Below are positions 8,022-14,366 of a DNA stretch of 14,366 nt, piece by piece (the stretch's first letter is position 1; each line of letters starts with the position of its first letter). The notes beneath the pieces are model-generated. The model was given only the letters and a program-made list of their open reading frames with translations, was not told the DNA's origin and made no database searches. Source of the DNA: Nitrosopumilus sp. GTDB taxonomy: Archaea; Thermoproteota; Nitrososphaeria; Nitrososphaerales; Nitrosopumilaceae. The translations under genes were made by a program, and so were the position numbers. The stretch lies in the NCBI GenBank assembly GCA_965205425.1, contig CBDBGZ010000001.1:1-14366 (forward strand). Direction: 5' to 3'.

Positions 8022-9656
8022 TTGAAATATACACAAACGATTGTGTCATCTCAGCCACGAATAGAGATTCAAGGACAGGCACCTTTCAAACAATCAGGTG
8101 TATATGAAGCTCAAATTGCAATTACCGATAGTAAGCCAACTGATGATGCCATTAGAACAAAACAATTTTCATCCTTGTGGAGAGGTAATTTTCATCTTAG
8201 AGTAAAGGATGGTATATTTTCTGAAACTATTGGTTCTCCTTCAAATCCTCTTCCGTCATCAATATCTAATCTTGATAAAATTTGGGTAGTTGTTACTGAT
8301 TTATTTTCTTCATTACATACTGTATTTGATGTTCCTTTAGCAAAATCAACATCTACATCTCAAACAAAAACTGAAACAATTTCTGATAATCTAAAACCTA
8401 AACGTTCTTCAAAATCAAATGTTGTTGGTCCTTCTGGTCCTGCCGGTTCTCCTGGCGACAAAGGTCCTTCTGGTCCTGCCGGTTCTCCTGGCGACAAAGG
8501 TCCTTCTGGTCCTCCTGGTCAACAAGGACCAATGGGAACTAAAGGTCCTGAAGGTCCTAAAGGTCCAACTGGTGACAAAGGTGCAACTGGCGACAAAGGT
8601 CCACAAGGTGACAAAGGAATTTCTGGAGATAGAGGATTAACTGGAGATAAAGGAATTACTGGAGATAAAGGAGATAAAGGTGACAAAGGAATTACTGGTC
8701 CTCCTGGTGACAAAGGAGAAAAAGGTCCAACTGGTCCGCTTGGTGACAAAGGTCTATCTGGATTAAAAGGTCCGCTTGGTGACAAAGGAGAAAAAGGTCC
8801 TACTGGACCTGTTGGTGAGAAAGGCGCATCTGGATTACGAGGAGTCCCTGGAGAAAAAGGTGACGGTGGTCCACAAGGTGTATCTGGCGATAAAGGATTA
8901 ACTGGTCCGACAGGACCTCCGGGAGAAAAAGGTCCAACCGGATTATCTGGTGTTCAAGGTGAAAAAGGAATTCAAGGTGGCCCTGGACCAATTGGAGAAA
9001 AAGGTCCAATTGGTTCACAAGGTGACAAAGGTCCTATTGGTCCTCCTGGTCCGCTTGGTTCTAAAGGATTAACTGGTCCTGTAGGTCCAGCTGGCGGCTC
9101 TGGTCCTATTGGTCCTCCTGGTCCGCTTGGTGACAAAGGGAACAAAGGTCCTGAAGGCCCATTGGGAGAAAAAGGTCCACAAGGTCCACAAGGTCCAGCT
9201 GGTTCTAAAGGATTAACTGGAGTTCCAGGTCCACAAGGCGAAAAAGGAGAAAAAGGTGCTATTGGTCCATTAGGAGAAAAAGGTCAAACCGGTCCATTAG
9301 GTGCTCCTGGAGAAAAAGGTCCACAAGGTCCACAGGGTTCACAAGGTGAACGTGGAACAACTGGTCCATCCGGAGAAAAAGGTCCACAAGGCCCACAAGG
9401 AATTCAAGGTCCACAAGGTGAACGTGGTCCAACTGGTCCTATTGGTTCCATAGGTGAACAAGGTCCTGTAGGAGGACAAGGCCCTGTAGGTCCAGCTGGT
9501 CCAAAAGGTCCGCCCGGTCCTCCTGGAGAAAAAGGTCAAGCTGGTGGAATGTCTTCAGAACAAAAAGCAATTTTCAAAGATTTGTTAGAAATACTAACTA
9601 ACAAAAATGTGATCACAACTGAAGAACAAATCAAATTGATGAGTTATCTTTACTAG
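8022..9656 (+). CDS. Collagen-like triple-helix repeat protein (start TTG 8022 or GTG 8043)
   Basis: Globular N-domain plus an S/T/K-rich linker, then 125 consecutive Gly-X-Y triplets (aa 136-510, nt 8427-9551) and a 34-aa helical C-terminus. Confidence 0.95.
   Translation: MKYTQTIVSSQPRIEIQGQAPFKQSGVYEAQIAITDSKPTDDAIRTKQFSSLWRGNFHLRVKDGIFSETIGSPSNPLPSSISNLDKIWVVVTDLFSSLHTVFDVPLAKSTSTSQTKTETISDNLKPKRSSKSNVVGPSGPAGSPGDKGPSGPAGSPGDKGPSGPPGQQGPMGTKGPEGPKGPTGDKGATGDKGPQGDKGISGDRGLTGDKGITGDKGDKGDKGITGPPGDKGEKGPTGPLGDKGLSGLKGPLGDKGEKGPTGPVGEKGASGLRGVPGEKGDGGPQGVSGDKGLTGPTGPPGEKGPTGLSGVQGEKGIQGGPGPIGEKGPIGSQGDKGPIGPPGPLGSKGLTGPVGPAGGSGPIGPPGPLGDKGNKGPEGPLGEKGPQGPQGPAGSKGLTGVPGPQGEKGEKGAIGPLGEKGQTGPLGAPGEKGPQGPQGSQGERGTTGPSGEKGPQGPQGIQGPQGERGPTGPIGSIGEQGPVGGQGPVGPAGPKGPPGPPGEKGQAGGMSSEQKAIFKDLLEILTNKNVITTEEQIKLMSYLY
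8427..8513 (+). repeat. Exact 36-bp tandem repeat (2 full copies + 15 bp) at the start of the collagen domain
   Basis: GGTCCTTCTGGTCCTGCCGGTTCTCCTGGCGACAAA at 8427-8462 and 8463-8498, with a partial copy at 8499-8513. It encodes [12 protein letters not shown]. Confidence 0.95.
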
Positions 9657-9667
9657 TAAATTGTAAT

Positions 9668-9808
9668 TTATTTTAAAAATTGATTTCCTGTTTCAGGATT
9701 TGAATATGATTTTCTTTTCTTAATTCTATTATTAATTTCATTCATCAATTCTTCTTTTTCTTTTTTTAACATCTCTGACATTTTTTCATTGGCAGTGTTA
9801 TCTGACAT
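9668..9808 (-). CDS. Small hypothetical helical/coiled-coil protein, 46 aa (not in the ORF track)
   Basis: Manual translation gives MSDNTANEKMSEMLKKEKEELMNEINNRIKKRKSYSNPETGNQFLK*. There is an alternative in-frame ATG at 9817 and an AT-rich TATA-like tract at about 9826-9840. The ORF converges on the collagen gene with an 11-bp gap. Confidence 0.6.
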   Translation of the reverse strand: MSDNTANEKMSEMLKKEKEELMNEINNRIKKRKSYSNPETGNQFLK

Positions 9809-9886
9809 GCTTCTCATGTGGATTTTTTAATAATATTAATCAATTCTTTCTTGTTTGGTAAAAATCATAGTTAACACTATTAGAAT

Positions 9887-9925
9887 CAGAAAAATGAAAA
9901 CAATTCGTCGTCTTTCTGACGATTG
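9887..9925 (-). terminator. Putative terminator of the H1-like gene: hairpin plus U-rich tract
   Basis: The minus-strand RNA reads CAAUCGUC-AGAAAGAC-GACG(A)AUUG followed by UUUUCAUUUUUCU, starting 18 nt after the stop. Confidence 0.5.
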
Positions 9926-9942
9926 TTAGTTTACTGACGAGA

Positions 9943-10230
9943 TTATCGTCTTTTTGCTGCTTTTCTCTTTGGAGCTGCTTTTCTCTTTGGAGCTGCTTTG
10001 CGTTTAGTTGCTGCTTTTCTCTTTGGAGCTGCTTTTCTCTTTGGAGCTGCTTTTCTCTTTGGAGCTGCTTTTCTCTTTGGAGCTGCTTTTCTCTTTGGAG
10101 CTGCTTTTCTCTTTGGAGCTGCTTTTCTCTTTGGAGCTGCTTTTCTCTTTGGAGCTGCTTTTCTCTTTGGAGCTGCTTTTCTCTTTGGAGCTGCTTTTCT
10201 CTTTGGAGCTGCTTTTCGTTTAGCTGCCAT
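9943..10230 (-). CDS. Histone H1/Hc2-like basic repeat protein (AAPKRK)n; putative nucleoid-associated protein
   Basis: From ATG 10230 the protein is MAAKRK-(AAPKRK)11-AATKRK-(AAPKRK)2-AAKRR, 95 aa and about half K/R. In-frame ATGs at 10245 and 10251 are alternative starts. Confidence 0.85.
   Translation of the reverse strand: MAAKRKAAPKRKAAPKRKAAPKRKAAPKRKAAPKRKAAPKRKAAPKRKAAPKRKAAPKRKAAPKRKAAPKRKAATKRKAAPKRKAAPKRKAAKRR
9956..10225. repeat. 18-bp coding tandem repeat (VNTR-like), about 14-15 units
   Basis: Unit GCTGCTTTTCTCTTTGGA on the + strand, near-identical throughout, with one divergent unit at about 9992-10009. There are no spacers. Confidence 0.97.
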
Positions 10231-10524
10231 TACTGATTTCGGCATTTTCATCGTTTTTCAGTGGTTAAACTAAAGAAATTTACACAAATTGATTACAATT
10301 TGTCAAGTAATTTTATTTTTATTTTTTTTATTTTGATCGTTATTTTTCATTTATTGTAACTCAAAACAAAATTTGGAGCCTATATGATAATCTGTTTTAA
10401 AAAAATAAAACAATTGTAATGTATTTGCGCGTAATTAAAATGATTTTTTTAAAATTAATTGCTTGAAATTTGTTTTTGATGTATAAACAAGAGTTATTTT
10501 TTTAGATTATTGATCTATTTTGGA

Positions 10525-11634
10525 TTAAATGCCGCGTCTTTTGATGATTGTTAATACATCTTCATCAATTAAAACGTGGGTCAATCCGACTCTTTGTCCT
10601 CCAAACTTTACACTCTTTCCCCAAACCAAACCGTATCTAAATTCTCTTCTTAACCTTCTATGCATTTTATTACAAATGTCCTCAACTGTGTCTCCTTCTC
10701 TTGCAATAAACGGTTCTTTGAAATCTGTCTCTCCACCTTTTGGTCTCATGTAAATTCTGATGAACTTTAATTTTTCATAAATTTTTTCTTTCAATAATTC
10801 TATATTTACATCTGAATTTGCTGATACTTCTATAACGTCTGCTTTGATTTTTGTTTTTAAATCTGTTAGAAATTTTTTATCTACCAAATCTATTTTGTTT
10901 AATATTGTTAGAGCTTTTGAATAACTGATATTTCCTGCAATGTGATCAGCTAATTGTTCAGATGTAATGTCTTCTCTGACTACTACTCTGGCACTAACTA
11001 ATCCGTATAGATGTAAAATATCTTTGAGATGTTTTTCTGTAATTTTTGTTAATTTTACTTGTTGTGCAATTGCAATTCCGCCCATTGATGCTTTTTCAAT
11101 TGTAATGTTTGGAGGTAATTGATTTAGTCGAATTCCAATATTTCCCAATTCATTAGTTAGCACATCTTCGTGATATGGTTGGAAAACATCTAACACCAAT
11201 AATACTAGATCTGCAGTTCTTGCAACTGATAAAATTCTCTTTCCTAATCCTTTACCTGTTGATGCTCCTTTGATGATCCCTGGAAGATCTAATACTTGGA
11301 TATTTGCTCCTCTATATTCCATCATTCCTGGAACTACAGTTAATGTTGTAAATTGAAAAGCACCTACAGTTGATTTTGCACTGGTCATTTTGTTTAGCAG
11401 TGTTGACTTTCCTACACTTGGCAATCCTATGAAAACAACAGTGGCATCTCCAGTTCTCCTAACATCAAAACCATCTTGCTTCATTCCTGATTTTTTAACA
11501 ATATCTGATTCTTGCTCTCTTTTCAGTTTCGCAATTTTTGCCTTTAGTAATCCAATATGGTGCTCAGTCGCTTTGTTAATCTGAGTTTTAGCCATTTCAT
11601 CTTGAATGGCTTTAATTTTTTCAGGAATTCCCAA
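10525..11634 (-). CDS. drg: DRG/Rbg (OBG-family) ribosome-binding GTPase with a TGS domain
   Basis: NKATEHHIGLLKAKIAKL, G1 GLPSVGKS, G2 FTT, G3 DLPG, G4 NKID, and the TGS motif WGKSVKFGGQRVG. Confidence 0.95.
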   Translation of the reverse strand: MGIPEKIKAIQDEMAKTQINKATEHHIGLLKAKIAKLKREQESDIVKKSGMKQDGFDVRRTGDATVVFIGLPSVGKSTLLNKMTSAKSTVGAFQFTTLTVVPGMMEYRGANIQVLDLPGIIKGASTGKGLGKRILSVARTADLVLLVLDVFQPYHEDVLTNELGNIGIRLNQLPPNITIEKASMGGIAIAQQVKLTKITEKHLKDILHLYGLVSARVVVREDITSEQLADHIAGNISYSKALTILNKIDLVDKKFLTDLKTKIKADVIEVSANSDVNIELLKEKIYEKLKFIRIYMRPKGGETDFKEPFIAREGDTVEDICNKMHRRLRREFRYGLVWGKSVKFGGQRVGLTHVLIDEDVLTIIKRRGI

Positions 11635-11723
11635 TATTGCTCATCTCTTTTGGTATTCTTTTCAAATAAAACCGTATTACTTCACTTAGTAGCAAATATT
11701 ATTTGGTTCAAAAAACAATTTTT

Positions 11724-12419
11724 GTGAAAAAGAGAACATTTGCAGTAGATATTGATGGAACAATTACTGAAAATGGAGGTGGAAGAATCCATCTTGATGC
11801 ATTAGAGGCCTTACGACGTTTAACAAATATGGGTCATGATGTAATTTTTGTCACTGGACGTTCTTCTGTTGAAGGATTTTTGCTTTCAGTTTTTGGTGGA
11901 ACCACAAAAATTGTTGTAGGTGAAAATGGTGGGTGTATCACTACAGATTCTGATGATCATATCTTATTGGGAAATCTTGATGAATGCAAAAATGCATTCC
12001 AAGTGATTAAAAACAATATTGATAATGTGAAAGAAAAACATGTTTTTCCTAGAATGACTGAAGTTGTTTTAGAAAGAACTTTTGATTTAGAACTTGCAAG
12101 AAAATTACTTTTAGAAAAAAACATTGATGTTGAATTATCTGATAGCCAATATGCGTATCATATCAATTCTCCTGGAATTGACAAAGGAACCGGGTTTACT
12201 AATATTATGAAAAAATTATCTATTTCACGAGATGATGTGATAGCTATTGGGGATAGTGCAACTGATATTCCATTGTTCAAAGTGGCAAAAACAAGCATTG
12301 CTTTGGGAAATGCATCTGATCGTGTAAAATCTGAGGCCACAATGGTGGTATCTGCAAATGCTGGAGATGGTGTTCTTGAGGCATTAGATAAATTAGCACC
12401 TAAGTTATCTGAATTATAG
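11724..12419 (+). CDS. pgp: HAD-superfamily IIB phosphatase, TA0175-type phosphoglycolate phosphatase
   Basis: DIDGTIT, VTGR, ENGG, DKG and GDSATD motifs. The start is probably GTG 11724, as an AT-rich box lies about 25 nt upstream. TTG 11703 is an alternative. Confidence 0.85.
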   Translation: MKKRTFAVDIDGTITENGGGRIHLDALEALRRLTNMGHDVIFVTGRSSVEGFLLSVFGGTTKIVVGENGGCITTDSDDHILLGNLDECKNAFQVIKNNIDNVKEKHVFPRMTEVVLERTFDLELARKLLLEKNIDVELSDSQYAYHINSPGIDKGTGFTNIMKKLSISRDDVIAIGDSATDIPLFKVAKTSIALGNASDRVKSEATMVVSANAGDGVLEALDKLAPKLSEL

Positions 12420-12421
12420 AG

Positions 12422-14308
12422 ATGACTTTCAAATCAATACTTGATGAAATTGAAAACAATCTCAACAAAATTTTATCTGATCTATCTATATCTGGTATAA
12501 ATTTCTCTGTAGAGCCTGCAAAACCTGGATTTGGTGATGTCAGTTCAAACATTTCGTATTTACTTGCAAAACAACTCAAAAAAAGCCCTAAAGATATTGC
12601 TGAAATGTTATCTGAAAAATATTCTAATTGTGCAAATACACTTGTGTTAAAATCTGAAGCCCATCCCTCTGGATATCTTAATTTCTTTGCAAACTGGGAA
12701 AAATTAAGCCAACTAATTCTCTCTGAATCATATCTTGAGACTTGTGGAGATGTAGATATTGGTAAAAACTCATCAATTGTAGTCGAACATACCAGTGTTA
12801 ATCCAAACAAAGCTCTCCATATTGGTCATATTCGTAATATCATAATTGGTGATACCGTATCTAGAATTTTAGAAAAAGCAAACTACAAAGTTAATGTATT
12901 AAATTACATTGATGACTCTGGGCTCCAAGTTGCAGATATTATAGTTGGATTCAACCATTTTAAATTTGAACAAGAGCCTCCTAATGGAAAGAAGTTTGAT
13001 CATTATTGTGGTGATGATGTTTATGTGAAAACTACTGAAAAATATGAATCTGATCCTACTTTGGAAGATATTCGAAAAAATGTTCTCAAAGAACTTGAGG
13101 ATGGAGATTCTGAAATTGCAAAGTTTGCTGATAAAATTACTAGAAGGGTTCTTGCAGGGCAACTTGAAACTTGTTGGAATTTAGGAGTCACTTACGATTG
13201 CCTAAATTTTGAATCGCAAATAATTCGTTCAGGACTTTGGAGTAAAATATTTGAAAAACTCAAAGAAATGAAATTAATTGAATTTGAAAATGAAGGAAAA
13301 AATGCTGATTGTTGGGTAATTCGTGGTGAGGGCAAGGACGAAGATAAGGTAATAGTTCGTAGTAATGGCACTGCAACATACATTGCTAAGGATATCCCTT
13401 ACGCTGCTTGGAAATTAGGTTTACTAGAAGATCCATTCAATTATGAAAAATATAAAAAAGAACAGTCAAAATCCCGAGAATTATGGCAAACTACTTTGAA
13501 TAAATCAAATCCTGTCACTAAAAATTTTACTGGAGAAAAAGTTGTCACTGTAATTGATTCTAGACAAGCTAGATTACAAAAAATAATTACCATGTTAATG
13601 GGTAAATTCAAATCTATTCCAGATGCATATAATCACCTTGGGTATGAATCCGTAACTCTGAGTTCAGAAACTGCAAAGACCCTTGGTTTGGAAACTGATG
13701 GCAAACAAGCCCAAATGTCTGGACGTAAAGGATTGTATGTTAATGCTGATTCTGTGTATGAGATTCTAAAAGAAAAAACAAAAGAAGAAACACAAAAAAG
13801 ACATCCTGAGATGGCTCATTCTGAAATTGAAACAATTTCACATTTTGTTTCAGTTGGAACTATGAGATATGAAATGATAAAACAAGATCTAGATAAAATT
13901 ATTACATTTGATCTAACAAAATCTCTTAGTTTGGAAGGTGACACTGCTCCATATATTCAATACACTCACGCAAGGGCATCCAGAATATTGGAAAAATCTG
14001 GACGAACTCCAACTATTGATGTTAATTTTTCATTGTTGACAGAAAAATCCGAATTAGATTTAATTAAAAATATTGGACTCTTTAATTTACAAGTTCGAGA
14101 TGCTGCAAAAAATTTATCTCCAAAAGTAATTGCACGATATTGTCATGATTTAGCAGTATCTTTCAATTCTTTTTATGAAAAATCAAAGGTTCTTGATTTA
14201 GAAGATCCGTCTCTTGAAAATTCTCGTTTATGTCTGGTGAATTCTTTTAAAATTGTTTTAGAAAAAGCATTAGATCTTTTGGGTATTACAGCCCCTGATA
14301 GAATGTAA
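12422..14308 (+). CDS. argS: Arginine--tRNA ligase, archaeal type
   Basis: FGD and GYLNF in the N-domain, VEHTSVNPNKALHIGHIRN (HIGH), RSNGTATY, MSGRKG (KMSKS equivalent), and the APYIQYTHARASRIL anticodon-binding domain. Confidence 0.98.
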   Translation: MTFKSILDEIENNLNKILSDLSISGINFSVEPAKPGFGDVSSNISYLLAKQLKKSPKDIAEMLSEKYSNCANTLVLKSEAHPSGYLNFFANWEKLSQLILSESYLETCGDVDIGKNSSIVVEHTSVNPNKALHIGHIRNIIIGDTVSRILEKANYKVNVLNYIDDSGLQVADIIVGFNHFKFEQEPPNGKKFDHYCGDDVYVKTTEKYESDPTLEDIRKNVLKELEDGDSEIAKFADKITRRVLAGQLETCWNLGVTYDCLNFESQIIRSGLWSKIFEKLKEMKLIEFENEGKNADCWVIRGEGKDEDKVIVRSNGTATYIAKDIPYAAWKLGLLEDPFNYEKYKKEQSKSRELWQTTLNKSNPVTKNFTGEKVVTVIDSRQARLQKIITMLMGKFKSIPDAYNHLGYESVTLSSETAKTLGLETDGKQAQMSGRKGLYVNADSVYEILKEKTKEETQKRHPEMAHSEIETISHFVSVGTMRYEMIKQDLDKIITFDLTKSLSLEGDTAPYIQYTHARASRILEKSGRTPTIDVNFSLLTEKSELDLIKNIGLFNLQVRDAAKNLSPKVIARYCHDLAVSFNSFYEKSKVLDLEDPSLENSRLCLVNSFKIVLEKALDLLGITAPDRM

Positions 14309-14366
14309 TGTCCTAGGAAGAAAACATGTCTCTCCCTAGGGATACTTTACTGAGCCGAAACTCTGT

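Noticed and set aside
8415..9539. Five alternative-frame or antisense ORFs inside the collagen gene
   Set aside because: They are by-products of repetitive, GC-richer Gly-Pro codons that lack stops.
8022..9656. Provirus or horizontally acquired island, suggested by the fibre-like gene and higher GC
   Set aside because: There is no integrase, capsid, terminase, att repeat or tRNA. The GC rise is explained by Gly/Pro content, and third codon positions remain A/T-rich.
9956..10225. CRISPR array
   Set aside because: The 18-bp units are head-to-tail with no spacers, keep the reading frame, and no cas genes are present.
9998..10273. Plus-strand ORFs (AAFLFG)n and (LLFSLE)n
   Set aside because: These are stop-free shadow frames of the 18-bp repeat. 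The minus-strand K/R/A/P frame matches a known protein class and has a plausible terminator.
10252..10524. Replication origin in the AT-rich gap
   Set aside because: I recognised no ORB-like repeats with G-strings, and no cdc6/orc1 gene is present in the window.
293..13383. Remaining short overlapping ORFs in the track (e.g. 293-538, 396-608, 1259-1507, 5264-5659, 5539-5751, 10529-10753, 11390-11584, 12158-12340, 12400-12810, 12899-13162, 13192-13383)
   Set aside because: They overlap well-supported genes in antisense or alternative frames, have atypical composition and show no recognisable motifs.
14345..14366. RNase P RNA 3' conserved region (minus strand ACAGAGTTTCGGCTCA) or a hammerhead core
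   Set aside because: The match to ACAGAAnnCGGCUUA is imperfect, there is no CUGAnGA, and the sequence is truncated by the window edge.

Overview
AT-rich, tightly packed archaeal chromosome segment. Gene content (archaeal-type ArgRS, DRG GTPase, TA0175-type phosphoglycolate phosphatase, Thi4), frequent GTG/TTG starts and abutting genes point to a Nitrosopumilus-like marine thaumarchaeon; this assignment is an inference. The left part (1-6796) is a sulfur/redox/thiamine neighbourhood: cysteine synthase (5'-truncated), two hypothetical genes, thioredoxin reductase, an archaemetzincin-like protein lacking its catalytic motif, a Cys-type Thi4, and, divergently, a siroheme sulfite reductase coupled to a rhodanese. 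The middle part (6797-10524) is the most unusual. It holds a TPR + winged-helix-like gene divergent from a 544-aa collagen-like gene (125 uninterrupted Gly-X-Y triplets, no visible signal peptide, an N-domain resembling fibre proteins, a SHOCT-like tail), an unlisted 46-aa ORF, and a histone-H1/Hc2-like (AAPKRK)n protein encoded by an 18-bp tandem array. The right part is housekeeping (DRG GTPase, HAD phosphatase, argS). I saw no mobile element, CRISPR array, tRNA or rRNA. All family calls come from motif recognition, not database searches.
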